Of a DNA stretch of 58,658 nt, positions 8,862 to 19,467 are shown in pieces. Location: positions 1-58,658 of IMG/VR virus record IMGVR_UViG_3300025608_000023. One strand, written 5' to 3'. The first letter of the stretch is position 1; every line of letters begins with the position of its first letter. Below the pieces are notes generated by a model, which saw only the letters and a program-made list of their open reading frames with translations, was not told where the DNA came from and did no database searches. The stretch comes from a virus. Its lineage: Duplodnaviria > Caudoviricetes. A program made the position numbers and the translations under genes.

Positions 8862-10272
8862 ACAAATGGAAATGTTTGATGATGGCGGTCTTATGGACGA
8901 AGGTGGCACAGTAGACCCTGTTTCGGGTAATGATGTACCACCCGGTTCTACACAAGAAGAAGTGCGAGATGACATTCCTGCACAACTTAGTGAAGGTGAG
9001 TTTGTATTCCCTGCTGATGTTGTTCGTTATATTGGTTTGGGCAACTTGATGCGTATGCGTCAGGAAGCTAAAATGGGTTTAAAACTGATGGAAGAAATGG
9101 GCCAGATGGGCAACAGTGAAGAAGCTACTATGCCAGATGATGTACCTTTTGACATTGATGACCTTGACATGGAAGACGAAGACGAGTATAATACTCCACA
9201 AGAGTTTGCAGTTGGTGGTATGCCTACTCCTAATCCTAACACTGGTGTGTATTATAATCCTGCTGCAACACCAACAACAGGTGTAGCGGCTGCTCCAACA
9301 CAAGCAGCGTCACAACAGTTTGTACAGCCAGCACAGCCACAGCAAGCTGCTGTTCCTACAATGCAAGCATATCAACCTGCACAAGTTCCTACGTTTGAAG
9401 GTTTTGTAGGGCAGAATATTCCGGGTGTAGACTTTGAATATGTAGACTACACTAATGAAGCAGGTAATGTTATTAAGTTACGTAAGAGTAAGTCTACAGG
9501 TCAGTTACTTGACCCTGTTCCTGAAGGTTACTCATATGTAGACCCAGAGGCTACTAAGACAGAAGAAGTAACAACTACACCTACAACACCACAGACTACG
9601 AGTGTACGTGATGATAGCGGAGATGACGAAGCGCGGCGGCGTGAAGAAGAAGAAATGTATGGTCCGGGCGGCGCAAGGTTAGGTTTTAAAGACTTTGGCG
9701 GTCAAGGTAAAGACACGATATATGGATTGTCTTTTAATAATATGGGTGGTTTTGGCGGTACGGCAGGTGCTTTTCAAATAGCTTCAGGAAAAATACCGGA
9801 TGATGCTGAAGTAACATTTAAAAATGGTGATGATGTATTTACTGTTACTGGTGAAGAGTATAAAGGAATTAAAAAAGAAGTCGAAGAAGAGGGTACAGAT
9901 TATTCTTACTTCAGGAAAGTACGCGAGGAAGCACGTAAACGACAGGAAGTTAAAGAAGACATTGCTAGACAGACTAAAGCATTAGATACGTATTTAGAAA
10001 CTAACTACAAAACTAAAGACGAAAAAGATGAAGCACTGACTCAGTTTGTTACAGATATGTATGAGAATGTTACAGATTTTTCTTTTGGTGAAGAAGACAG
10101 TTCCTCAGACAGTTCAGATTCAACAAGTGATGACTCTTACGATGACTACGCTGAATCATTTTCTGCCATAGATAACTTTAATTACGGTTTTAAAGACGGT
10201 GGCCTAGCCTCTAAATCAAAACCAAAGAAAACTAAAAAGATGAAGAAGGGTGGACTCGCTTCTAAAAAATAA
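8848..10272 (+). CDS. Acidic head-module protein with a DDIPAQLSEGEFVFPADVV domain and multiple xxGG motifs
   Basis: 474-aa ORF between portal and scaffold. Confidence 0.75.
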   Translation: MALDKQMEMFDDGGLMDEGGTVDPVSGNDVPPGSTQEEVRDDIPAQLSEGEFVFPADVVRYIGLGNLMRMRQEAKMGLKLMEEMGQMGNSEEATMPDDVPFDIDDLDMEDEDEYNTPQEFAVGGMPTPNPNTGVYYNPAATPTTGVAAAPTQAASQQFVQPAQPQQAAVPTMQAYQPAQVPTFEGFVGQNIPGVDFEYVDYTNEAGNVIKLRKSKSTGQLLDPVPEGYSYVDPEATKTEEVTTTPTTPQTTSVRDDSGDDEARRREEEEMYGPGGARLGFKDFGGQGKDTIYGLSFNNMGGFGGTAGAFQIASGKIPDDAEVTFKNGDDVFTVTGEEYKGIKKEVEEEGTDYSYFRKVREEARKRQEVKEDIARQTKALDTYLETNYKTKDEKDEALTQFVTDMYENVTDFSFGEEDSSSDSSDSTSDDSYDDYAESFSAIDNFNYGFKDGGLASKSKPKKTKKMKKGGLASKK

Positions 10273-10282
10273 TCCACAATTA

Positions 10283-10332
10283 GTTGGCTACTCACTCCCC
10301 ACGCCCGACAGTGTGGCTACAGTGGCCCCAAC
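10283..10332 (+). promoter_or_regulatory. Candidate structured RNA leader of the scaffold gene
   Basis: Nested pairings GTTGG/CCAAC, CACT/AGTG, CCACGC/GTGTGG ending just before the GGAG RBS. Confidence 0.4.
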
Positions 10333-10344
10333 ACGGAGACTACA

Positions 10345-11214
10345 ATGAACGACACAATCATGGCAGAAGAAATGCAGTCAACACCAAAGACTGCTTTTGT
10401 GAATAAACCTTACACGCAAGAAGAACGAGTAAAGCGTGATGAGGAAGAACTAGAAGAACTAATGAAAGCCCAGCGGGGTGAAGCGGAACCTGAAGAAGAG
10501 GTAGAGGCAGAACCTACTAACGCAGAAGAGAAGACGTTTAAAAAGCGTTACTCTGACTTGCGGCGACACCAACAAAAACAAGCAGAAGAATTTAAAGCTG
10601 AACTAGCAGCAATGAAAAGTCAGCTTGAAGCAGCTACTAAAAAAGAAATGAAGTTGCCTAAGTCTGACGAGGACATTGAAACATGGGCAAAAGAGTATCC
10701 TGATGTAGCAGCTATCGTAGAAACAATTGCAATGAAGAAAGCACGTGAGCAGTCTAGCGCACTTGAAGAACGTCTTAAAGCAATTGACGAGATGCAAAAC
10801 ACTGCAACAAAAGAAAAAGCAGAAGCAGCACTTATGCAGATGCATCCAGACTTTGATGAAATTCGTGACAGTGATGACTTCCACGAGTGGGCCGAAGAAC
10901 AACCTAAGTGGGTACAGGACGCACTGTACGAAAACGACAATGACGCACGTTCCGCAGCACGAGCAATTGACCTCTATAAAGCAGATAGAAATATCGGCAA
11001 GGCTACTAAGAGCAAGAGTGATAAGGGTGCAGCGGAGGCAGTTGCGCCGAAGAATAAACGCAGCAAGCCACAAGATAATGAGGCTTCTACATATCTGCGT
11101 GAATCAGAAGTAGATAAAATGTCTACCAAAGAATACGAGAAACGCTCCGATGAAATCATGGAAGCTATCCGTAGTGGTAAGTTTATTTACGATTTATCTG
11201 GTTCCGCACGATAA
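10345..11214 (+). CDS. Capsid scaffolding protein
   Basis: Acidic coiled coil, FKKRYSDL and HPDFDEI...FHEWA motifs, directly upstream of MCP. Confidence 0.8.
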   Translation: MNDTIMAEEMQSTPKTAFVNKPYTQEERVKRDEEELEELMKAQRGEAEPEEEVEAEPTNAEEKTFKKRYSDLRRHQQKQAEEFKAELAAMKSQLEAATKKEMKLPKSDEDIETWAKEYPDVAAIVETIAMKKAREQSSALEERLKAIDEMQNTATKEKAEAALMQMHPDFDEIRDSDDFHEWAEEQPKWVQDALYENDNDARSAARAIDLYKADRNIGKATKSKSDKGAAEAVAPKNKRSKPQDNEASTYLRESEVDKMSTKEYEKRSDEIMEAIRSGKFIYDLSGSAR

Positions 11215-11220
11215 AAAGAG

Positions 11221-11249
11221 TTGACAAGTAGTTATTTTTACGTATAACT
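11221..11249 (+). promoter_or_regulatory. Promoter for major capsid gene
   Basis: TTGACA-N16-TATAACT. Confidence 0.7.
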
Positions 11250-11454
11250 ATAGTCATGTGTAGTGTAAGCAGGGTCGCTCCTTGCTTACCTAACAATCCG
11301 CAAACGACAAAAATCTTTAAGATTACCTGATTAACATGGCCTATCGAGTACATTAGTTGCAACTTCTGTATTAGATACACCCTACGTTAGACAGCCTCTG
11401 CCAAGAATTGTACTGTTTGCATCTGTACAAATCCAAAAACATAGGAGATGGATT

Positions 11455-12510
11455 ATGGCTTTTCCAAGCGCAGCGGGTTATAACAACTTGCCTAACGGCA
11501 ATTTTAGCCCAGTAATTTACTCCAAACAGGTGCAGCTTGCATTCCGCAAGGCCGCTGTTTGTGACGCAATTACGAATAACGACTACTTTGGTGAAATCGC
11601 AAACTTTGGTGATTCAGTTAAAATCATTAAAGAACCAGAAATCACCGTCAAGGCATACGAGCGTGGCACACAAATCACTGCCCAAGACCTTGAAGATGAC
11701 GACTTCACACTGACCGTTGACAAAGCAAACTACTTTGCATTTAAAGTTGACGACATTGAAGAAGCACATTCGCACGTTAACTTCCAGTCACTTTCAAGTG
11801 ACCGTGCAGCTTACCGTCTTGCTGACCAGTTTGACGCAGACGTACTTGGCTACCTGTCAGGTTACAAGCAAGCTGCAATTAGCGGTAACGCTAATGTAGT
11901 CAACGACATTGTTAACGGCACTAAAGCTGTAACAACTGCTGGTTCAGATGAACTTCTTGCTTCAATGAAGCTGGACGCATCTGACTTTAACGCAGGTACT
12001 GCAGGTCAGTCTATCGGCCTGAAGCCTCGCGGTTCTGAAGCTGTTCCTGCAACTGCTGGTGTAGCTAACCCACTTTCTGTGATTGCACGTATGGCTCGTC
12101 AACTTGACCTGCAAAACGTAGACTCACAGGGTCGTTGGTTGGTTGTTGACCCAGTTTTTGTTGAACTGCTTAAAGACGAAGATTCACGTCTGTTTGACGC
12201 TGACTTCGGTGGTTCTGGTCTACAGAACGGTTTGGTTCTGAATAACCTGCATGGCTTTAAAGTTCATGTCTCTAACAACCTACCTAAAATCGGTACAGGT
12301 CCATCTACTACTGGTGGTACTAACGCTGATAACTTTGGTGTGATTGTTGCTGGTCATTCTTCAGCCGTTGCTACTGCTGACCAAATCAACAAGACTGAAA
12401 CATATCGTGACCCTGACAGCTTCGCTGACATCGTTCGTGGTATGCATTTGTACGGTCGTAAGATTCTTCGTCCTGAAGGTCTTGTTAACGCCGTTTACAA
12501 CTTGGTATAA
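11455..12510 (+). CDS. Major capsid protein (P22-coat-like, HK97 fold)
   Basis: FSPVIYSK, GDSVKI, RGMHLYGRKILRPE; strong AGGAG RBS; biased codon usage. Confidence 0.9.
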   Translation: MAFPSAAGYNNLPNGNFSPVIYSKQVQLAFRKAAVCDAITNNDYFGEIANFGDSVKIIKEPEITVKAYERGTQITAQDLEDDDFTLTVDKANYFAFKVDDIEEAHSHVNFQSLSSDRAAYRLADQFDADVLGYLSGYKQAAISGNANVVNDIVNGTKAVTTAGSDELLASMKLDASDFNAGTAGQSIGLKPRGSEAVPATAGVANPLSVIARMARQLDLQNVDSQGRWLVVDPVFVELLKDEDSRLFDADFGGSGLQNGLVLNNLHGFKVHVSNNLPKIGTGPSTTGGTNADNFGVIVAGHSSAVATADQINKTETYRDPDSFADIVRGMHLYGRKILRPEGLVNAVYNLV

Positions 12511-12522
12511 GGGGAGGCTATT

Positions 12523-12930
12523 ATGGGATTGACAAACGCACTGCGGTCAAACGCACAAATGGTCGAAGCATACGTAGACCTAGCTGCTGCTTCAGGAACT
12601 ACTACAGGTATTTCTGTTCCAGCAGGTACTCTTGTACTGGCAGTTGGCTTTGAGCCTTCAGAGGCTGTTCCAAATGTAACAACTTACACAATGGACATCA
12701 CTGATGGCACTACTACCTTTGCAAACGACCTTAACTTTGATAATGCCGCTGCTGGCACTATCTTGGTAGGTACAACTGCAGGTCTAGTATCTGCTGCCGA
12801 TACCATTGACGTTGTTACTACAATTAGCGGTTCACCGGGAGTTATCTCTGGTCGTGTCTTCGCTATTTGTGTAGACGTAGGTACACCAAGCCGGGATAAA
12901 CCCGCTGCTGTTCCTAACGATGTCATCTAA
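12523..12930 (+). CDS. Putative capsid decoration protein
   Basis: Ala/Thr/Val-rich beta protein between MCP and terminator; GGAGG RBS. Confidence 0.6.
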   Translation: MGLTNALRSNAQMVEAYVDLAAASGTTTGISVPAGTLVLAVGFEPSEAVPNVTTYTMDITDGTTTFANDLNFDNAAAGTILVGTTAGLVSAADTIDVVTTISGSPGVISGRVFAICVDVGTPSRDKPAAVPNDVI

Positions 12931-12938
12931 ATGACTAA

Positions 12939-12990
12939 GTGGGAGACAGGTAACTGCGTAGCGGAAACTTGTCTCCTACCTCTTTTTTAT
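12939..12990 (+). terminator. Rho-independent terminator after the capsid operon
   Basis: 13-bp stem GTGGGAGACAGGT/ACTTGTCTCCTAC followed by a T run. Confidence 0.75.
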
Positions 12991-13003
12991 GTAAGGATGC
13001 ACA

Positions 13004-13720
13004 ATGGCATACACCTACCTAGACATTACTAATGAAGTTATTGCGCGGATGAATGAGGTTGCACTCACTTCATCTAATTTTACTTCTGCCCGTGGCTTTC
13101 AGGTACAGTGTAAGAATGCTGTCAACGATGCAATTAATTATATTAACCAGCGAGAATTTGGCTGGCCTTTTACTCACAGCACCCACACAGAAACATTAGT
13201 GGCTGGTCAAACACGTTATACTATTCCTGCAGATACACAGTCCGTAGACTATGATACTTTTAGAATTAGTAAAGACGACAGCCTTGCAGTAAGTGGTGTT
13301 ACATTACGAATACTGGACTATAAAGAATATACTCAAAGATACATTGAACAGGAAACTACAGCAGACGTAGGTGCTGTTCCTATTTATATATTCCGCAGCC
13401 CAGACAACAACTACGGTTTATTTCCATATCCAGACAAAGCATATGAATTAAAGTATGAATACTATAGAAAGCCAATTGCATTATCTGCAGCAACAGATGT
13501 CCCTACTGTTCCTGAACAGTATCGGCAAGTAATTGTAGATGGTGCTACCGCATACGCATATCAGTATCGCGGAGAAACACAGCAGTATGGAATTAATTTC
13601 TCACGGTTTGAAGAAGGCATCAAACAAATGCAATCTATTTTGTTGAACCGTGCCGACTATGTTAGGTCTACGTATATCCCTTACTCACAAAGGTATGGTG
13701 CTGGTACGAGTGTATTTTAG
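13004..13720 (+). CDS. Head-tail adaptor / tail tubular protein A
   Basis: YLDITNEV, FGWPF, FPYPDKAY, VPEQYRQVIVDGA; position after capsid. Confidence 0.75.
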   Translation: MAYTYLDITNEVIARMNEVALTSSNFTSARGFQVQCKNAVNDAINYINQREFGWPFTHSTHTETLVAGQTRYTIPADTQSVDYDTFRISKDDSLAVSGVTLRILDYKEYTQRYIEQETTADVGAVPIYIFRSPDNNYGLFPYPDKAYELKYEYYRKPIALSAATDVPTVPEQYRQVIVDGATAYAYQYRGETQQYGINFSRFEEGIKQMQSILLNRADYVRSTYIPYSQRYGAGTSVF

Positions 13721-13728
13721 AGGTTTAA

Positions 13729-15237
13729 ATGGCAGATGAATCCGGCCTTAATCCCTTTGTGTTTGCCTGTCAAGGTGGTCTTGTTCTTGACCAATCAACC
13801 TTTGCAATGCAACCGGGAATGGCACTTGAACTAGAGAACTTTGAACCTGCCACTACTGGTGGTTATCGCCGTATTCTAGGATACGAAAAGTGGAACACTA
13901 ACATTGTTCCAGAGGACCAAAGTGCTAATGAAGCAGTTTTAATGTCTGCTTATTTTAAGGGTAGTGTTATTGCTGCTCGTGGTCGTAAGGTACATAAAGG
14001 GGCTACAGGTAGCGGTGCTTGGACTGAGATTGACTCAGGCAGAACAGGCGCAGGACGCTACACTTTCTTTCGTTATACCCTAGCAGGTACAGAGTATATT
14101 GTATGGGCTGATGGTGCTAATAATGCGAGTAAATATGATGGCACTACTGTTACAGATTTAAATGCTACAGGCGCACCCGCTGACCCTAAATATGTTACGG
14201 GCTTTAAAGAAGCATTATTTTTTGCAGGTATGTCTGCTACACCGCAAGAGTTAGTTTTTACAGCACCATATACTGATAGCGATTTCAGTGTCGCTAATGG
14301 GGCTGGTTCCATATCAGTAGACAGTACAATAACTGGCTTGTTTCCTTTCCGAGACCAATTGTACGTCTTCTGTGAGGAACGAATTTTTAGGCTGGTTGGT
14401 AATAGTCTTGCTGACTTTCAACTGCAGCCTGTCACCAGAGAGATTGGTTGCCTTAACGGATTTACCATTCAAGAATTTGCAGGTGACTTGGTATTCTTAG
14501 GACCAGACGGACTGCGTACAGTAGCTGGTACAGAGCGTATCGGTGACGTGGAACTAGGTACAATCAGTCGTGCTGTACAAGAACGATTTGAAGGTCTATC
14601 AGACATAGATGAGTTTGATAGCGTTATCATACCTGACAAGACACAGTATCGTATTTTCTTTTCTAATGCAAATACGCCACGCTCTACTACAACAGGCGTT
14701 ATCTGTGTGCGTAAGGGTGATACATACGAGTTTGCAGACCTTAAAGGTATTAGGCCAAGTAGTACAGACAATCTAGTCATTGCAGGTGAAAGTATTATTC
14801 TTCACGGAGACTTTGACGGTTACGTGTATCGTCAAGAACTAGGCAATGATTTTGATGGTAATGTTATAACAGGTAAGTACCGTTCACCTGACTTGACTAT
14901 GGGCGATGCAGGTATCCGTAAAACATTTCAACGTGTAATTATTAACTATGCACCAGAAGCAACAGTTAGTGCAGACTTACTTGTAAGATACGATTACGAA
15001 GCACCTAACGTACCTAGACCAGCGGCTTACCCGTTTGATACTACTACTTCAGTGGCTGTTTATGGTTCATCTTCCTACGGTACAGCAACATACGGTGGAC
15101 AGTCTAACCCACTAATAAGACAACCCATTGAAGGTTCAGGTTTTGCAATTGCATTACGAGTTAACGATAGAGGCACATCAGCCCCATATTCATTAAAAGG
15201 ATTTCAGCTAGAGTTTCAAGCTGACGCAAGGAGATAA
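13729..15237 (+). CDS. Tail nozzle / tubular protein B
   Basis: Beta-propeller-like 502 aa, IGC...DLVFLGPDGLR motif, position. Confidence 0.72.
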   Translation: MADESGLNPFVFACQGGLVLDQSTFAMQPGMALELENFEPATTGGYRRILGYEKWNTNIVPEDQSANEAVLMSAYFKGSVIAARGRKVHKGATGSGAWTEIDSGRTGAGRYTFFRYTLAGTEYIVWADGANNASKYDGTTVTDLNATGAPADPKYVTGFKEALFFAGMSATPQELVFTAPYTDSDFSVANGAGSISVDSTITGLFPFRDQLYVFCEERIFRLVGNSLADFQLQPVTREIGCLNGFTIQEFAGDLVFLGPDGLRTVAGTERIGDVELGTISRAVQERFEGLSDIDEFDSVIIPDKTQYRIFFSNANTPRSTTTGVICVRKGDTYEFADLKGIRPSSTDNLVIAGESIILHGDFDGYVYRQELGNDFDGNVITGKYRSPDLTMGDAGIRKTFQRVIINYAPEATVSADLLVRYDYEAPNVPRPAAYPFDTTTSVAVYGSSSYGTATYGGQSNPLIRQPIEGSGFAIALRVNDRGTSAPYSLKGFQLEFQADARR

Positions 15238-15240
15238 TAA

Positions 15241-18200
15241 ATGGCAGGTTATACTAGACAATCCACTTATGCTGACGGTGACATTATTAATGCATCCGAC
15301 AGTAATGATGAGTTTAACCAAGTACTAGCAGCATTTGAAAATACAACAGGTCATAAACATGACGGTACAGCAGCAGAAGGTCCGGTCATTGGTTTGATTG
15401 GAGACCCCGGCTCTACTGCGCCTAAAAATAAAGTTGTAGTTGACAATCCTGACAATGAAATACAGTTTTCTATTGATGTAGGTGGCGCAAGCACAGAACA
15501 ACTTGTAATTAAAGACGGTGTTATTGAACCTACTACAGATAACGACATTGACCTTGGTTCATCTAGCAAAGAGTTTAAAGACCTATATCTTGACGGTACT
15601 GCTAATGTAGATGCCCTTGTAATCGGTACAGCAGCCGCGCTGACAGACGTTGACACTGACCTTAGTAGTGTATCAGCTTCAGACGACACAGTAGCCTCTG
15701 CCAAGGCTATTAAGACATACGTAGATGCACAGGTTACTGCACAGGATTTGGACTTTGCAGGTGATACAGGTGGCGCACAGAACGTGGACCTTGACAGTGA
15801 GTCGCTTACTGTAGCAGGTGGAACTGGTATTGATACTGTAGGCTCTGCTCAAACTCTTACAGTAGCTATCGACAGTACTGTTGCTACCCTTACTGATACA
15901 CAGACCCTTACAAATAAAACTATTGATGTAGACAGCAACACAGTATCAAACATTGAAGTAGATAACTTTAAAGCTACTGCAATCGTAACTGAGGCCGAAG
16001 GTCTTGCTTCTAGTGACAACGACACTAGCTTGCCTACTACTGCCGCAGTTAAAGATTATGTAGATACACAGGTAACTGCACAAGACCTAGACTTCTCTGG
16101 AGACTCAGGTGGTGCGCAGAATGTTGACCTAGACAGTCAGTCACTGACTATTGCTGGTGGCACAGGTATTGACACTACAGGTTCTGCACAAACAATGACT
16201 GTCGCTATTGACAGCACAGTGGCTACACTAACAGGGTCACAGACACTTACAAATAAAACCTTGACAAGCGGTGTACTGAACGGTACAATAAGTGGAACTT
16301 CTATTAAAGACGAAGATGATATGTCTTCTAATAGTGCTGACCACTTAGCTACACAGCAGTCAATCAAAGCATACGTAGATACACAAGTAGCTACTGTACC
16401 CGTAGGTGACATTACTGCTGTAGTAGCAGGTGATGGTCTAACAGGTGGTGGTACATCTGGTGATGTTACACTTAATGTTGTAGGTGGTGCAGGTATCACA
16501 GCAAGTGCTGATGAGATTGCTATTGACTCTACTGTAGCTACACTGACAGGTACACAGACACTTACAAACAAGTCTATTGATGCAGCACAGCTTACTGGCA
16601 CAGTAGATAATGCACGTTTAGATGCGCAGCTTCAAGATGTAGCTGGACTAGCAGTAACAGATGGTAACTTTATTGTTGGTGACGGTGCTAACTTTGTAGC
16701 GGAGTCAGGTGCTACTGCGCGTACTTCATTGGGACTAGGAACTGCGGCTACATCAGACAGCACAGACTTTGTTGCTGTAACTGGTGATGCAATGACAGGT
16801 GACTTGTCTTTTGGCGACAACAACAAGGCCATCTTTGGTGCTGGCAGTGACCTTCAGATTTATCATGATGGGTTACACAGTAGGATTGTTGATGCGGGGA
16901 ATGGTCGTCTTACGATTGAAACAAACGGTGACAGCATACGGCTGACTAAAGGTACGTCAGAAAATATGCTGATTGCCACACCCGACGGCTCTATTGACCT
17001 TTATCACAATAACCTTCCCAAACTCTCCACCACCTCTAGCGGCATTGACGTAACAGGCAGTGTGACGGCTGATGGGCTGACGGTTGATGGCAACGTATCA
17101 ATAGACGGCGGCACGATTAAACTGGACGGCAATTATCCAACAGGCACAAGGGTTGTTGGTGTTGGTGATACAGCACTTGCAAATGTAGACTCTGCCGTTG
17201 CAAACATTACTGCTGTAGGTCATGCCGCGTTAAACGCTTTAACTACAGGCAACAATAACACCGCATTTGGTGATAGGGCAGGAACTGCTGTAACAACAGG
17301 TACTGATAACACTTTTATCGGTGCTGGAACTGGCATAGCAACAACAACAGCCAACAACAACACTGCTGTTGGTCACACAGCAATGCTGTCAAACACTACT
17401 GGTGCAAGCAATGTGGCTGTTGGTAATGATGCGCTTCAAGCAAACACCACTGGTAATAGTGGTACTGCTGTTGGTTATCAAGCGTTGTATAGTAATACTA
17501 CAGCATTGCGTAATACTGGCGTTGGTCAATATGCTTTATATGCAAACACAACAGGTGCAGAAAACACTGCTGTTGGTTCTAATGCTTTGCAAGCAAATAC
17601 AACAGCATCTAATAACACAGCGGTTGGGCGTAGCGCACTTGCCGCAAACACCACAGGCAACAGCAACACAGCAATAGGTGCAGAAGCCCTTGATGCAAAT
17701 ACCGTAGGCGATAGAAATGTTGCTGTGGGTGTGGCGTCTCTTTCTACATTCAACCCTGCTTCCAATGCCGACACATACAACACGGCTGTAGGTTATGCGG
17801 CGTTAAAATTTGCTACAACTGGCGTAAATAATACGGCTGTTGGTGGCAATGCTCTTACCGAAAACACCACTGGCACAAGAAATGTGGCGGTTGGCAGTGA
17901 GGCATTAGACGCTAATACCACTGGTGCGTTTGGAACGGCGGTTGGTCATGCCGCATTAGGTTCAAATATAAATGGAGCATACAATTCTGCATTTGGTGAT
18001 GCGGCTCTGTTTAACAATACTTCTGGCTCAAACAATACCGCAATAGGTAAGTCTGCTCTCTATGCAAATACTACCGCATCCAACAACACTGGCGTTGGTT
18101 ACAATTCATTAGTCGCAAACACCACTGGTGCAAATAATACGGCTACGGGTCATTCCGCAGGTTCTGCTAACACTACGGGATTTAATAACGCTATGTTTGG

Positions 18201-19458
18201 TGTAAATGCGTTATCCGCTAACACCACTGGCGCACAAAATGTGGCTGTTGGTCGTGACGCCTTAAAACTAAACACCACCGCAAACAACAACACGGCTGTT
18301 GGGTATCAGTCACTGACTGCAAACACCACAGGCACACAGAACACTGCTGTTGGTACGCTTGCCCTTGATACCGCAACTACAGCAAATTACAACACTGCTA
18401 TTGGTTACAATGCAGGTGGCGCAATCACAACAGGCTCAACTAATACTATTGTTGGTCGCTCTGCTGGTGAAGGTTTAACCACATCAGAAAACAGCGTTAT
18501 GATTGGTTCTTACACTGGTCAAGCCGCAATGACTGGTGGTAGCAATGTTGCTGTTGGTATTCAAGCAATGGGTAATACTACTTCTGGTGGTAGCAATGTT
18601 GCTATTGGACGCCTTGCCTTAAATGCTAATACTACAGCATCTAACAATACGGCGGTTGGTCATAATTCGCTTTACTCAAATACGACAGGCACCTCTAACG
18701 TGGCTTTTGGTTCTTTTGCTGGGTATGGAATTACAACAGGCAACAATAACATTGCCATAGGCAAAAACGCAATTAACTCAACCTCTGCTGGTAACAACAA
18801 CACCGCTGTCGGCAATGCCGCGTTAAATACTACCACAGGCTCCGACAATACGGGTGTTGGTAAAAATGTTTTAGATGCAAACACATCGGGTGCAAGCAAC
18901 ACAGCAGTAGGTAGTGACGCATTGGGTTCCAACACCACCGCATCCAGCAACACTGCTATCGGTCAAGGCTCTGGGTCTTTAATCACCACAGGTGCTTACA
19001 ACACCATCCTTGGTCGCTACAACGGCAATCAAGGCGGCCTAGACATCCGCACATCCAGCAACAACATCGTGCTGTCGGATGGCGATGGTAATCCTCGTGC
19101 TTATCACACTGGTTCATACTGGCAGTTACAAGATTCGGTTGTTGCTGAAACACATTCAGCAGGTAGCATTACAGGTTCGCAAACACCTAACTTCAATGCT
19201 TACCAAAACTTTGTGTGGACTTTAACAGGAAACATCACACTTGCTAATCCGTCTACAGAAAAGACAGGTCAGTCTGGCTTTTTCATCTTTATCCACAGCG
19301 GTGCGGCACGAACTGTATCACTTGGTACTGATTATGAAACTGCGGGTGCTGCGGGTCTTACCTTGTCAGGTACATCAGGTGCAGTTGACATCGTGCCATA
19401 TGTTGTTCAGTCAGCGGGTAACATCCTGCTTGGCACACCACAGTTGGCATTTAGCTAG
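15241..19458 (+). CDS. Long tail fibre
   Basis: 1405 aa; duplicated VATLTxxQTLTNK units and long array of ~14-aa NTAVGxxALxxNTT repeats. Confidence 0.85.
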   Translation: MAGYTRQSTYADGDIINASDSNDEFNQVLAAFENTTGHKHDGTAAEGPVIGLIGDPGSTAPKNKVVVDNPDNEIQFSIDVGGASTEQLVIKDGVIEPTTDNDIDLGSSSKEFKDLYLDGTANVDALVIGTAAALTDVDTDLSSVSASDDTVASAKAIKTYVDAQVTAQDLDFAGDTGGAQNVDLDSESLTVAGGTGIDTVGSAQTLTVAIDSTVATLTDTQTLTNKTIDVDSNTVSNIEVDNFKATAIVTEAEGLASSDNDTSLPTTAAVKDYVDTQVTAQDLDFSGDSGGAQNVDLDSQSLTIAGGTGIDTTGSAQTMTVAIDSTVATLTGSQTLTNKTLTSGVLNGTISGTSIKDEDDMSSNSADHLATQQSIKAYVDTQVATVPVGDITAVVAGDGLTGGGTSGDVTLNVVGGAGITASADEIAIDSTVATLTGTQTLTNKSIDAAQLTGTVDNARLDAQLQDVAGLAVTDGNFIVGDGANFVAESGATARTSLGLGTAATSDSTDFVAVTGDAMTGDLSFGDNNKAIFGAGSDLQIYHDGLHSRIVDAGNGRLTIETNGDSIRLTKGTSENMLIATPDGSIDLYHNNLPKLSTTSSGIDVTGSVTADGLTVDGNVSIDGGTIKLDGNYPTGTRVVGVGDTALANVDSAVANITAVGHAALNALTTGNNNTAFGDRAGTAVTTGTDNTFIGAGTGIATTTANNNTAVGHTAMLSNTTGASNVAVGNDALQANTTGNSGTAVGYQALYSNTTALRNTGVGQYALYANTTGAENTAVGSNALQANTTASNNTAVGRSALAANTTGNSNTAIGAEALDANTVGDRNVAVGVASLSTFNPASNADTYNTAVGYAALKFATTGVNNTAVGGNALTENTTGTRNVAVGSEALDANTTGAFGTAVGHAALGSNINGAYNSAFGDAALFNNTSGSNNTAIGKSALYANTTASNNTGVGYNSLVANTTGANNTATGHSAGSANTTGFNNAMFGVNALSANTTGAQNVAVGRDALKLNTTANNNTAVGYQSLTANTTGTQNTAVGTLALDTATTANYNTAIGYNAGGAITTGSTNTIVGRSAGEGLTTSENSVMIGSYTGQAAMTGGSNVAVGIQAMGNTTSGGSNVAIGRLALNANTTASNNTAVGHNSLYSNTTGTSNVAFGSFAGYGITTGNNNIAIGKNAINSTSAGNNNTAVGNAALNTTTGSDNTGVGKNVLDANTSGASNTAVGSDALGSNTTASSNTAIGQGSGSLITTGAYNTILGRYNGNQGGLDIRTSSNNIVLSDGDGNPRAYHTGSYWQLQDSVVAETHSAGSITGSQTPNFNAYQNFVWTLTGNITLANPSTEKTGQSGFFIFIHSGAARTVSLGTDYETAGAAGLTLSGTSGAVDIVPYVVQSAGNILLGTPQLAFS

Positions 19459-19467
19459 GGAGTAAAT

